Assembly: GCA_964530595.1 (NCBI GenBank)
Contig: CAZGZL010000002.1
Coordinates: forward strand, 1-55,257
Direction: 5' to 3'
DNA length: 55,257 bases
Source: an uncultured Prevotellaceae bacterium
Lineage (GTDB): Bacteria; Bacteroidota; Bacteroidia; Bacteroidales; UBA3663
How positions within the stretch are numbered: the stretch's first letter is position 1; the number at the start of each line of letters is the position of its first letter. This document shows, in pieces, positions 46,580 to 55,257 of this stretch. A program made the translations under genes and the position numbers. Under the pieces are notes generated by a model. It did not search any database and was not told where the DNA came from. It saw nothing but the letters and a program-made list of their open reading frames with translations.

Positions 46580-47467
46580 ATGACGAATAAAACAAGACTG
46601 CTTCCTTTTTTAATAGCTCTGAGCAGTTCCTTTCTTTTTCCGCTCACACTTTGTGCGCAACGCACTGCCGCGGGTGAACAATATATCAAGACCTACAACG
46701 GCATAGCTATGCAGGAGATGAGACGCTACAAGATTCCTGCCAGCATCACTTTGGCGCAAGGACTCCTCGAATCGGGCGCGGGTCAGCAAACTTTGGCGCG
46801 TATGGGCAACAATCACTTCGGTATCAAGTGCGCGGGGTGGACAGGAAAGAAAGTCTATAAAGACGATGACCTCAAGAATGAATGCTTCCGTAGTTATAGT
46901 TCCGCTGAAGAAAGTTTTGAGGATCATGCCAAGTTCCTGCAACGCGATCGCTATGCCTCACTTTTCAGATTGGAAATCACTGATTATAAAGGCTGGGCGC
47001 ATGGACTGAAGGCATGTGGTTATGCAACAGATCCCTCTTATGCTTCGAAACTAATCCGCATCATAGAGAGCTATGAACTGACGCAATACGATCGGCAAGT
47101 AGTGCGGGGCAAAAGTTCCTCGCAGGTGGCGCATAGCATTTTCCGTCTTGGCAAGTTGCTCTATGTGGTGGCGACATCAAGCGACACACAAGCCTCACTC
47201 GCCAAGGAGTTTGGTATCAAGAAACGTCATCTGCGTAAGTACAACGAATGGTCGCGCGACTACACTGTTCGAGCCGGGGACATCGTATATCTGCAAGCCA
47301 AGAACAGCCGTGCACAAAAAGGTCACAAGACCCATACGGTGTGCGCCGGAGAGTCGCTGCACTCCATCGCGCAGAAATATGGTGTCACGACCCGATCTTT
47401 GCGGCGTCGCAACCATCTCGATGATAACTATCGCCCCGTGGTGGGCGAGGAGCTACGCTTACGCTAA
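46580..47467 (+). CDS. Peptidoglycan hydrolase: N-acetylglucosaminidase (FlgJ/GH73-like) domain plus two LysM domains
   Basis: Signal peptide. ASITLAQGLLESGAGQQTLARMGNNHFGIKC is the glucosaminidase motif. The C-terminal halves HTVCAGESLHSIAQKYGVTTRSLRRRNHL and LAKEFGIKKRHLRKYNEW are LysM-like. Confidence 0.82.
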   Translation: MTNKTRLLPFLIALSSSFLFPLTLCAQRTAAGEQYIKTYNGIAMQEMRRYKIPASITLAQGLLESGAGQQTLARMGNNHFGIKCAGWTGKKVYKDDDLKNECFRSYSSAEESFEDHAKFLQRDRYASLFRLEITDYKGWAHGLKACGYATDPSYASKLIRIIESYELTQYDRQVVRGKSSSQVAHSIFRLGKLLYVVATSSDTQASLAKEFGIKKRHLRKYNEWSRDYTVRAGDIVYLQAKNSRAQKGHKTHTVCAGESLHSIAQKYGVTTRSLRRRNHLDDNYRPVVGEELRLR

Positions 47468-47487
47468 TGGAAACTACAAAAACAGTG

Positions 47488-47525
47488 TGGCGCACAGGGG
47501 AAATACCTTGTGCGCCATTTCTTTT
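47488..47525 (+). terminator. Rho-independent terminator after the LysM hydrolase gene
   Basis: Stem TGGCGCACA / TGTGCGCCA followed by TTTCTTTT. Abuts the convergent rhaM stop. Confidence 0.7.
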
Positions 47526-47838
47526 AATCCATGTGGAACATTTCAGGGAGCGGGATGCTGATCGGCGAGTTGTCGGGATTGGTCTCCATGATGTCTGCCA
47601 TATAAGCCCACCATTTCTGGCAAATTTCCGTGCCGCCCAAGTCCTGCGAGCCTCCCTCGCCTTCCAACTCTTGGTAGGCGAAGAGGATGTTGGTGTCCTC
47701 GTCCAAATAGATACTATAGTTACGAACTCCGCTCTCGCTGAGTAAGCGTTTTAATTCAGGGAAGAGGTTGGCGTGGCGACGTTTATACTCCTCTTTGAAA
47801 CCCGGTTTCAAGAACATTTTGAATGCTTCTCTTTTCAT
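47524..47838 (-). CDS. rhaM: L-rhamnose mutarotase
   Basis: 104 aa. FKMFLKPGFKEEYKRRHANLFPEL...VRNYSIYLDEDTNILFAY...WWAYMADIM matches the RhaM/DUF718 family. Confidence 0.85.
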   Translation of the reverse strand: MKREAFKMFLKPGFKEEYKRRHANLFPELKRLLSESGVRNYSIYLDEDTNILFAYQELEGEGGSQDLGGTEICQKWWAYMADIMETNPDNSPISIPLPEMFHMD

Positions 47839-47911
47839 GATTGATATTAATTAAGGTGAATATATTGCCATTGTCTGGAGTCGCGTATCTGGTGCGTATG
47901 CTCCGCGCCCA

Positions 47912-47919
47912 CAAAGATA
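47912..47919 (-). promoter_or_regulatory. Bacteroidetes -7 element (TATCTTTG on minus strand) for rhaM
   Basis: CAAAGATA on the plus strand, about 74 nt upstream of the rhaM ATG. Confidence 0.45.
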
Positions 47920-48126
47920 AGCGCCAGACACATAACTGTGCTGCTGCGAAACGCTTTTTTTTAGCTCCCGGAATGAAAATCTACTGAAAAAGGTTTTGAT
48001 CGAGGCAAAACAAGGGCGAACCCCTTCGCTTTGTCGTGGTGGACACAATCGAAACTACGTGTGTCAAGTCCATTCATTGGGAGATAGAAAAACAAGGGGA
48101 AAGTTTCAAAAAAATAATTTATACTC

Positions 48127-48146
48127 AGAAATCTCAAGAAATCTCA
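48127..48146 (+). repeat. Tandem 10-nt direct repeat AGAAATCTCA x2 immediately upstream of a -7 box
   Basis: AGAAATCTCAAGAAATCTCA. A third AAATCTCA occurs at about 48201 and the inverted TGAGAT at about 48221. Confidence 0.7.
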
Positions 48147-48147
48147 T

Positions 48148-48155
48148 TAAATTTG
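48148..48155 (+). promoter_or_regulatory. Bacteroidetes -7 element (TAAATTTG), candidate promoter with a roughly 270-nt leader before the GT2 gene
   Basis: Exact TAnnTTTG match. The next supported ATG is at 48434. Confidence 0.4.
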
Positions 48156-48433
48156 CGCCGTTTGATTCGCCTGCGGGTGGATTGAACAAAAAAAGTACAT
48201 AAATCTCAATAGAATATGGTTGAGATGACTCAACGGAAATTTGCAGCAGAAAATGGAAAAATCTTGGCGTACCATTTTGAAATTCACACGCTTCGTTGCG
48301 CTTTGTCGACGCACGACAGGAGCTTTTCTGTTGGACGCAGAGCGTACATGATTCATTTCATCACTCCTGACCGCATCGAGGCTATTGCTCAAGTGTGAAG
48401 CTGAGGGCGCGGGGTGATCTAAAGTCGTGTTTT

Positions 48434-49204
48434 ATGAAAATTTCTATTATTACTGCAACGTGGAATAGTGGTGCTTCGCTAAGGGACACTATGCAGAGTG
48501 TTTTGTCTCAATCATTCCAAGATTTTGAGCACATCATTGTTGACGGAGCTTCGACAGACAATACATTGGATATTGTTCGTGCATTGGAACCGGAATATCG
48601 CGGTCGCTTGAAATGGATTTCCGAGAAGGATCGCGGGTTGTACGATGCAATGAATAAAGGAATTCGGATGGCGACAGGTGATGTGATCGGCATTTTGAAC
48701 TCGGATGACTTTTTTACCACTCAAAATGTCTTGGAACGCATCGCTGCGGAGATTTGCGACGTCTGTGCGGTCTATGGTGACGTCCATTATGTACATGAGC
48801 AAGATCTAACGCGCTGTGTGCGGTATTACTCTTCGGCATCGTTTCGCCCGTGGATGATGCGTTGCGGATTTATGCCGGCGCATCCGTCGTTCTATTGTCG
48901 TCGAGATATTTATGCCCAATATGGTTTGTTTGACCTCTCATTTCGAGTGGCAGCCGATTTCGAGCAATTATTGCGACTGATCTATATCAATCGTATTTCG
49001 ATAAAATATATTCCGATGGATTTTGTCACAGTGCGTACCGGTGGTGCCTCTTCGTCGGGATTTAGAAGCCATAGGCAGATTTTCCGCGATCATATGCGGG
49101 CCTATAAGAAAAATTCAGTCTATTCGAATTGCTTGCTCGAAAGCATCAGATACTTCTATAAATCGATCGAGGTGATTCGTTCCAGAATGAAAAGAAGGCG
49201 ATGA
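48434..49204 (+). CDS. Family 2 glycosyltransferase
   Basis: KISIITATWNSGASLRDTMQSVLSQSFQDFEHIIVDGASTDNT and GILNSDDFF (DxD-like) are a classic GT2 N-terminal fold. Start set at the ATG at 48434. Confidence 0.85.
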   Translation: MKISIITATWNSGASLRDTMQSVLSQSFQDFEHIIVDGASTDNTLDIVRALEPEYRGRLKWISEKDRGLYDAMNKGIRMATGDVIGILNSDDFFTTQNVLERIAAEICDVCAVYGDVHYVHEQDLTRCVRYYSSASFRPWMMRCGFMPAHPSFYCRRDIYAQYGLFDLSFRVAADFEQLLRLIYINRISIKYIPMDFVTVRTGGASSSGFRSHRQIFRDHMRAYKKNSVYSNCLLESIRYFYKSIEVIRSRMKRRR

Positions 49205-49340
49205 ACATTCAACAATGAGCAAATGGGACGTTCCCAATTTTTTGTTTGGATTGTCCTCATGGGTTAAAATATTCATACCCTCTGAGGGCGGAGCGTTGAA
49301 TGTACAGTAAAACAGAAATTATTATAAGCATAGAGCAATA

Positions 49341-50495
49341 ATGGAAGATAAGAAAGTGTTTGTGTCGGGATGCTACGATATGTTGCATAGCGGGCACGTA
49401 GCCTTTTTCAAAGCGGCTTCGCGTTACGGAAAATTGTATGTAGGTATAGGTTCGGACGCGACCATCGAAGAGTTGAAGCATCGTAAGACGGTGTATTCTG
49501 AAACAGAGCGTTTGTATATGGTGAAATCTATTCGTTACGTGACGGATGCTTTTATCAACTCCGGTCACGGATATTTGGATTTTGCCGAAGATGTCGAACG
49601 GTTGCAGCCGGATGTCTTTGTAGTCAATAGCGACGGTGGCTCACAGGAGAAATGTGATTTCTGCGCGGCGCACGGCATCGAATATGTGGAATTAGAGCGT
49701 GTGCCCGAAGCGGGTCTTGAAGCTCGTTCTACTACGGCATTACGCACCAAGGTGAGGTCTCAGCTGCCGTATCGTTTGGATTTGGCGGGTACATGGATTG
49801 ATCAGCCTTATGTGAGTGAGTTCGGACCGGGATGGGCGATAACCATCTCGTTAGAACCTACGGTGGAGTTTATGGAGCGTGGCGGTATGTCCACTTCGAC
49901 GCGCAACGCCATCAAGAAGATTTGGCCTTACGAATTGCCCAACTACCACGAAGAGATGTTGGCTAAGTTGGTCTTCTGTTTCGAAAATGAGCCGACCAAG
50001 CAAGAGCATGTTTCCGGCGCACAGGATGCGATCGGTATTTGTATGTCTGGGTTGAATCGTCATTATTATGACCGCCACTATTGGCCGGAGAAGATAGAAT
50101 CATGTCACGATGAGGAGATCTTGAGTTGGTTGGAAGCACACATCTGTCTGATCCCGATGTTCCCTCGTCCGGAGGGATGCTCCGTGATCAAGGGGGCAAA
50201 GATCAGCACTGAAGGAGTGAAAGCCCTCTCGTCAGCCGCTGCAGATTGTTGGGACGCCATCATGCGTCGCGACTTGGCTGCATTCGCCAAGTCTTATCAA
50301 GCCTCGTTCGAGGCACAGATCTCTATGTTCCCGGCTATGATGGCACCCGGTGTGGAGCAATATATCGAGCAATATCGTCACCAAGTATTGGCGTGGAAAA
50401 TGTCCGGTGCGGGTGGCGGTGGCTACCTCGCTGTCGTGTATGACGGAAAGCGTCCGGAAGCAGGTATTCCGATCACGATTCGTCGTCGCTGGTAA
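49341..50495 (+). CDS. Fusion protein: cytidylyl/adenylyl-transferase-like (HxGH) domain plus GHMP-kinase-like domain
   Basis: The N-terminus VFVSGCYDMLHSGHVAFF is the GxFDxxHxGH nucleotidyltransferase signature. The C-terminus has a GGMSTSTRNA (degenerate GHMP motif II-like) and WKMSGAGGGGYLAVVYD (GHMP motif III). Confidence 0.7.
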   Translation: MEDKKVFVSGCYDMLHSGHVAFFKAASRYGKLYVGIGSDATIEELKHRKTVYSETERLYMVKSIRYVTDAFINSGHGYLDFAEDVERLQPDVFVVNSDGGSQEKCDFCAAHGIEYVELERVPEAGLEARSTTALRTKVRSQLPYRLDLAGTWIDQPYVSEFGPGWAITISLEPTVEFMERGGMSTSTRNAIKKIWPYELPNYHEEMLAKLVFCFENEPTKQEHVSGAQDAIGICMSGLNRHYYDRHYWPEKIESCHDEEILSWLEAHICLIPMFPRPEGCSVIKGAKISTEGVKALSSAAADCWDAIMRRDLAAFAKSYQASFEAQISMFPAMMAPGVEQYIEQYRHQVLAWKMSGAGGGGYLAVVYDGKRPEAGIPITIRRRW

Positions 50496-50511
50496 GGTGT
50501 AGCACTGATAC

Positions 50512-50572
50512 AAAAAGACCGACGCAAGTCGCTTGTCCTTTGTGGGCAGAGACTTGCGTCGGTCTTTCTTGT
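50512..50572. terminator. Bidirectional terminator between convergent genes
   Basis: Perfect 15-bp stem AGACCGACGCAAGTC / GACTTGCGTCGGTCT with A5 upstream and TTTCTT downstream. Confidence 0.8.
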
Positions 50573-50574
50573 TC

Positions 50575-53500
50575 TCAGCGTACAACCTTTTTCCCGTTGC
50601 GAATGTAGAGCCCTTTCGGGATCACGCCGTCGGGCAGGCGTCGTCCCATCAGGTCGTAGGTTCCTGTTTCTTTCGACACTCGATCGGCGGTGATGTTCTC
50701 GATTCCGTTGCTTCCGGCTGCAATGCGAAGACAGCCGTCTGTGGTTAACGTCGAATAATCCCAGTAGAAACCTTCGGCAGGAATTTCCGGCTCAAACTGG
50801 GGCGTTCCGTTCAAATTGAAGTGTTCAAAGTCGGTAAACACGATCAGTGAATCTCCCTCTTGTAATGTACCGCCGGTCAACTCGATGCAGAATTTCGGGG
50901 CGGTTAGCTGGATTGTGCCACTCACGGCGAAGGCGTCGTTGCGAACAAAGGAGATGCGGCGCGCGTGCAATGCTATCGTTGCTCCGGCGGCTACCGTGAG
51001 ATTCCCCTTGATGGTCAGCTTGCCGATAGAGGTCGCCTCCAAACTCTTGCCGTAAGCTAACGTTGCACCGTCGGAAATCTTCACACTCGCTGTCTGACCG
51101 GTGCCCAACAACGTTGCACCGCTCAGCACCGTAATAGCGCCGGTGGTAGTCGGTGTGGTGGTATTATTGACTGCCAAAGTGCCCGCCCGTACCTCGATGG
51201 CAGTTTGACTGGCGCCGCTGAGCGAGAGAGTACCTTCCCCCACCTTGTAAACCTTGGCTGTGCTTGCAAATGTGCCGGCAAAGGCGTTATCCGTCCCTTT
51301 GGAACCGATGTAATAAACGCCCGCTGCCAATGCGCAGTCACTCGCTGTACTCGTTAGTGCTCCGATGTGCGTTTCAAGCGTTCCCTGTGTTGTGCCGCTT
51401 TGATCTTTGTAATGCGCCACGGTGACGCCGGCGCCTAAAGCCAAGGTCGCTTGGCTGAGATCGGTTGCCTTAGTCAGACGAAATTCTCCGGCGGTTACAG
51501 TTAGGGTGCCGCGAAATTGGGACATATCGGTCGATACGTCGCCGCGTACGTAGGGGAAGGAGACTGATACGTCTCCATCGCCTTGGAGCACGCCCCTCCA
51601 ACGGCACCGTTGACCGCCGACCAACGTCAATGCGCCTCCCGCTACAACGTCGAGTGTATTGTCGAGATTCGGAAGCGTAGAGGAATTATTGACGTCAAAA
51701 ATCTTGATCGTTCCTTGCTGCTCTACGCGGATGGTGGAATACTGCGTGCCGAAAGTGGTGTTCCAGCAGCCCATCGCCAACGTTCCTTGGCGTAGGATGG
51801 TGCCACCCGACCATGTGTTACGTCCCCCGTAAGTTATATTCAACTGTCCGGCACCCTCTTTGATCAACGTGCCGTTGCCGACAACGATTCCTTTTAGCGA
51901 GGTTGTTCCTGCGGGAATGCGTAGCGTCGCGCTGTCGGTCAATGTCAAGCCGCGATTGGTCGACGTATTGCTATTGTCTACGACCAATGTCGCGTGACCG
52001 ATCTGCCAATGTTCCGCCTCAGAGCTCGCTGCGCCGAGAGAGCTGCCAATTCCCCCATCTGCCAATTCCTTGACCGTCACTGTTCCCGATTCGATGAGGG
52101 TGGCTCCGGTGTAGTCACTTTGGATGGCGTTCAATGTGAGCGCCCCGGTGCCCCGTTTGGTCAATCCGCCGGTACCACTGAATCCTCCGTTGCCGCTGAA
52201 GGTGAAATCCTTCAGCGTATTGTCTACAGTCATAGCGCCTATGGGCATAAGCTCCGCGAGGGTAATATTTGTCTCCGTTGCGCTGTCGTCAAAGTAAATG
52301 CTGTCGCCTGCCACAAATTCTGTTGCGGCATTCTCTAATGTGAAGTTGGCGCTCACGTAATCCCACGAGCCGCTCTCGGAGCCGTGCCAGATCACATGGT
52401 TGCTCGCTTCGCGTTGTTCTCTGATTACAAGCCACAGAGCGCCTTCTTCCGCTTCGATGCTGCAAGAGATTCCACTCAGACCGCGTACCGAGCAGAGTGT
52501 TGTATCTCCTTTCAGAGCTCCGGTATATTCCACCAACTTGTAGCGTCCGGGACGCGGTGTCCGCTCTGCTGTCTGAATGGTGAAGATCAGAGGGGCAGAG
52601 AGGGTGACATCACCCTCCACGTGGAGCAGATCGCTTGCGGCGGTCTCACTCGCCGTACGCACATCCATATTGCAGAACAGACGTCCCGTGACGTTCAGCC
52701 CGTTGCGGAACGTGAGGATTCCGAGAGCAAAATTCTCGGCGCCGCTCTCGCACGCCGTCACATCGGCTTGACGTCCCGGAGCGATTACACCCTCAGCATA
52801 ATTCAATGCCCCTTCAATACTCAGCTCGCCCACACTACCTATGCCCGCTAAGATGCCACGGGCACGCAATTCCACTGGGGCGGAGATTGTGCGGTTCACC
52901 TCTAAAGTACCCTCAGAGATATAGGTCGTTCCGTCAGTAGTCAGCGGAATATCCAACACGAGGCGTCCCTTTTGACTTTTCCAGAACGTTCCGCTTGTTA
53001 TGCTGCCGCTACCTGACACTGTGACACATTGTCCTGCTACCGGCATCGCATAGCAGGCAGAGGGTGCCATTGCGTCGGAACATTCCAACGACGCTGCACT
53101 TTTGAGGTCAATCAGCACCGATGAACCCGCCTTGAAGCCGGTCGTCGTTGCCCGCTGAAAATCGGTGAACTGATCGGTCGCGTGCCACACTACATCGGTC
53201 TGCATACACGGCGGCAACGGTGGGCGTGGCATATCATAGCCCAAATAAAAGCCGGTGTTGGGACTTTGGTAATACCCGCGGGTTGTGCATTGCAACCGAT
53301 AGGCAGGATCTTCCTGTAGACAGTAGATGTTTTGCACATCGGATGTCATATCGGTGCTGAAACCGGTGATACCGGTGCATACATCGTTCTCCAACTTGCG
53401 CAGGATCAACTCCTCGCGCCAGTCTCCGATGATATCGCCCCAGAAGAGCCCTCGTTTGGCTCCCTGACACTTATACTTATAATTACTCTCTTTGGCAATC

Positions 53501-55110
53501 TCGAACAGTCGCGTATTCTTGCCACCGTCGTATTTACGGATGTCGGCGTTGTATCCGTTGCCGTCGGGCGAATCCACGCGTTCGCGATCCAAGGCGCCGT
53601 CCCACCAGAGCCCTTCGGTAGGGAAGTAGGTCGCAGCTCCTTCGATTGGGTTTCCTTGAGCATCGTTGAGATAGGTATCCATGGTGGAGAACATCTCATA
53701 GCCGAGGTGATCGGGATCGATGTCCATACACTCGCCTCGACCCACATCGCCGACCTCAGACAGATACCAGCGCTTAATCGGGGTGCCCGACGCCGCGTCA
53801 TAGAGTATTTGCCCCAACATATCGGATGCGTTTTGCTGAATGGCGAAAGTCTCCATACCGGGACGCTCCGGGTCGATGTCACTCGTGCGGAAACGGTCGC
53901 CATGCGCAATGCCGGTGTTAAAGAGCGTAGTGCCATCGTGATCCATCGTGTAGCCGCCCTCTACCATCTCATCGCATCCGTCGCCATCGCTGTCGGCGAT
54001 ACGAATTTGGTGGAACGTTGCGCCGCCGGTGGGTTCGTGAAAAATCTGGTGCCAGTTTTTCGCCGTACCATTGCTGTAGTCGAAACTCCACGCAGCATTA
54101 TAATAATGATGAGCTCCGTCCGTTGTGCGGGTATGGTATTCCATAACTATTGCCGGGTGCACACCGTCCGGATAGAAAACGCCCACGTGTCCGACGTGCT
54201 TGTTATATTCGTCGCCCATCAGCGACGCCTTATTGGTACGATTATAATAAGGAGAATAGGTCTGTTCGACCGATGCCTTTTCGCGTCCCGTCATGCCGTC
54301 CACCACCGTCATATAGCGAGGAGGATTGCGTTGCGTTTCGTTGTTATAATCCACGATGCCGTCGCCATCCGTATCTTCTGCACCTAAAAGATAGGCGCCC
54401 CAGTCGTTTCGCTCGCTGTCCCAGAATCGGGTGCCGTCCGAGGTCTGAATGATCAGTTCGCCGCGACCATCGCAGTCGATGTCGTAAGCCACCACCTGAT
54501 CATCTTGTCCCATGCAAATAAATTCGTTTGGACCCATGTCTACCGTCCACAAATGTTCTCCGGAGCGTAAATACCCCTCCACCTTGTCGGTCACGCCTTC
54601 GCGCGTGTGCAGACGGTCTACTACATAATCAAATTCGCCGTCGCCGTCCAAATCTACCGGCCAGACGAATTTAGTCGAATAGTCCGCCATTTCGAGCGGA
54701 GAGAGGCTGTAGTCGATGTCGACGAAAATGTTTCTCGTGTCGTAGCTCTTCAGCTGGAACGGAGCGGAGAGGGCGCCCTCTGTCCCGTCCGGCAGGACGA
54801 GCGCCACTGCAATATCGCTACCGATGGGGATCAAAGCGCTGCTGCCCTGATAGTAGCTTGTGCTCAGAGGCTCGGTATTCAGCCGGGAGTATTGTCCCTT
54901 GTCGCCCTGACGTGTATAGAGATTGTAACGTGCCTCTTCGGGCTCTTGTGCCAAGCGTCTCCACGATACGAGTATATTACTGCCGTTGCGGACAGCCACA
55001 ACACCTCTTCCTAAAGGTTGCTGTAAACGTTGTGCATAACTTGCGCCGACGGATCCGCAATACAGACTCAGTGCGAGTAAGCTGCATCGCCGAAAGAAGT
55101 TGTCGTTCAT
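50575..55110 (-). CDS. Multidomain secreted protein: PL11-like rhamnogalacturonan lyase beta-propeller plus autotransporter-associated beta-strand (PATR) repeats plus T9SS C-terminal domain
   Basis: Signal peptide. The N-terminus LGRGVVAVRNGSNILVSWRRL...YNLY, repeated DxDGDG calcium-type blades (DLDGDGEFDY, DIDCDGRGEL, DTDGDGIVDY, DSDGDGCDEM), WGDIIGDWREELI and YYQSPNTGFYLGYDMP resemble YesW/YesX PL11. The middle has G(T/A)LxLxG...GxTxIxxGTL repeats. The C-terminus is YDLMGRRLPDGVIPKGLYIRNGKKVVR. Confidence 0.75.
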   Translation of the reverse strand: MNDNFFRRCSLLALSLYCGSVGASYAQRLQQPLGRGVVAVRNGSNILVSWRRLAQEPEEARYNLYTRQGDKGQYSRLNTEPLSTSYYQGSSALIPIGSDIAVALVLPDGTEGALSAPFQLKSYDTRNIFVDIDYSLSPLEMADYSTKFVWPVDLDGDGEFDYVVDRLHTREGVTDKVEGYLRSGEHLWTVDMGPNEFICMGQDDQVVAYDIDCDGRGELIIQTSDGTRFWDSERNDWGAYLLGAEDTDGDGIVDYNNETQRNPPRYMTVVDGMTGREKASVEQTYSPYYNRTNKASLMGDEYNKHVGHVGVFYPDGVHPAIVMEYHTRTTDGAHHYYNAAWSFDYSNGTAKNWHQIFHEPTGGATFHQIRIADSDGDGCDEMVEGGYTMDHDGTTLFNTGIAHGDRFRTSDIDPERPGMETFAIQQNASDMLGQILYDAASGTPIKRWYLSEVGDVGRGECMDIDPDHLGYEMFSTMDTYLNDAQGNPIEGAATYFPTEGLWWDGALDRERVDSPDGNGYNADIRKYDGGKNTRLFEIAKESNYKYKCQGAKRGLFWGDIIGDWREELILRKLENDVCTGITGFSTDMTSDVQNIYCLQEDPAYRLQCTTRGYYQSPNTGFYLGYDMPRPPLPPCMQTDVVWHATDQFTDFQRATTTGFKAGSSVLIDLKSAASLECSDAMAPSACYAMPVAGQCVTVSGSGSITSGTFWKSQKGRLVLDIPLTTDGTTYISEGTLEVNRTISAPVELRARGILAGIGSVGELSIEGALNYAEGVIAPGRQADVTACESGAENFALGILTFRNGLNVTGRLFCNMDVRTASETAASDLLHVEGDVTLSAPLIFTIQTAERTPRPGRYKLVEYTGALKGDTTLCSVRGLSGISCSIEAEEGALWLVIREQREASNHVIWHGSESGSWDYVSANFTLENAATEFVAGDSIYFDDSATETNITLAELMPIGAMTVDNTLKDFTFSGNGGFSGTGGLTKRGTGALTLNAIQSDYTGATLIESGTVTVKELADGGIGSSLGAASSEAEHWQIGHATLVVDNSNTSTNRGLTLTDSATLRIPAGTTSLKGIVVGNGTLIKEGAGQLNITYGGRNTWSGGTILRQGTLAMGCWNTTFGTQYSTIRVEQQGTIKIFDVNNSSTLPNLDNTLDVVAGGALTLVGGQRCRWRGVLQGDGDVSVSFPYVRGDVSTDMSQFRGTLTVTAGEFRLTKATDLSQATLALGAGVTVAHYKDQSGTTQGTLETHIGALTSTASDCALAAGVYYIGSKGTDNAFAGTFASTAKVYKVGEGTLSLSGASQTAIEVRAGTLAVNNTTTPTTTGAITVLSGATLLGTGQTASVKISDGATLAYGKSLEATSIGKLTIKGNLTVAAGATIALHARRISFVRNDAFAVSGTIQLTAPKFCIELTGGTLQEGDSLIVFTDFEHFNLNGTPQFEPEIPAEGFYWDYSTLTTDGCLRIAAGSNGIENITADRVSKETGTYDLMGRRLPDGVIPKGLYIRNGKKVVR

Positions 55111-55162
55111 GAGTTCAGATGTTGCTGTAGAGTGTCTGGATATTAGAAGTTGTTTTTCGAAA

Positions 55163-55170
55163 GCAAAGAT
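55163..55170 (-). promoter_or_regulatory. Bacteroidetes -7 element (TATCTTTG on minus strand) for the PL11-like gene
   Basis: CAAAGATA on the plus strand, 53 nt upstream of the ATG at 55110. Confidence 0.5.
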
Positions 55171-55257
55171 AAGACATTTCTCCTTATTCTATGCCCTCTG
55201 AATGAACTTTTTTTTACCCTTGGCGCAGCATTGTAAGGGACGATTTCGTAACACCTT

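Noticed and set aside
48096-48104. GGGGAAAGT, loosely resembling the RNase P RNA P4 motif GAGGAAAGTCC
   Set aside because: It matches only partially, and none of the other conserved RNase P elements is nearby.
53332-54387. 351-aa ORF antisense to the PL11-like gene
   Set aside because: It is a shadow ORF. The sense frame carries clear PL11 propeller motifs across this span.

Overview
This 55.3-kb window looks like chromosomal DNA from a Bacteroidota (Bacteroidales-type) organism. That assignment rests on the gene content and on the Bacteroidetes -7 promoter motif TAnnTTTG, which sits upstream of 13 transcription units. I support about 40 protein-coding genes at roughly 90% coding density. 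I found no rRNA, tRNA, CRISPR array, transposase, integrase or prophage signal.

Housekeeping content: dnaA with an upstream DnaA-box cluster (candidate oriC), groES-groEL, priA, a uvrD/pcrA-like helicase, nnr, prmA, cdd, nspC, and the oadGAB Na+-translocating decarboxylase.

Accessory and envelope content:
1. A seven-gene heme-uptake operon of the Porphyromonas hmuY-R-S-T-U-V type. It carries an extra lipoprotein at its head and a strikingly Met-rich insert in the CobN-like HmuS.
2. A lipoprotein plus outer-membrane (OM) barrel cassette at 2.5-5.8 kb.
3. A four-gene envelope cluster at 23.3-29.5 kb: a giant coiled-coil lipoprotein, an OmpA-like protein, a type IX secretion system (T9SS) cargo of unknown function, and an OM protein.
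4. A secreted aromatic-rich and Arg/Ser-rich disordered protein paired with a FadL-like barrel.
5. A rhamnose/pectin-flavoured region: rhaM, a GT2 glycosyltransferase, a nucleotidyltransferase-GHMP kinase fusion, and a 1511-aa PL11-like lyase with autotransporter-type repeats and a T9SS C-terminal domain (CTD).

I see no classical defence or mobile system. The best candidates for undescribed biology are the envelope gene cassettes and the unusual features of the hmu locus.

All functional calls come from motif and family recognition by eye. No database search was run, so family names should be confirmed with HMM or structure searches.
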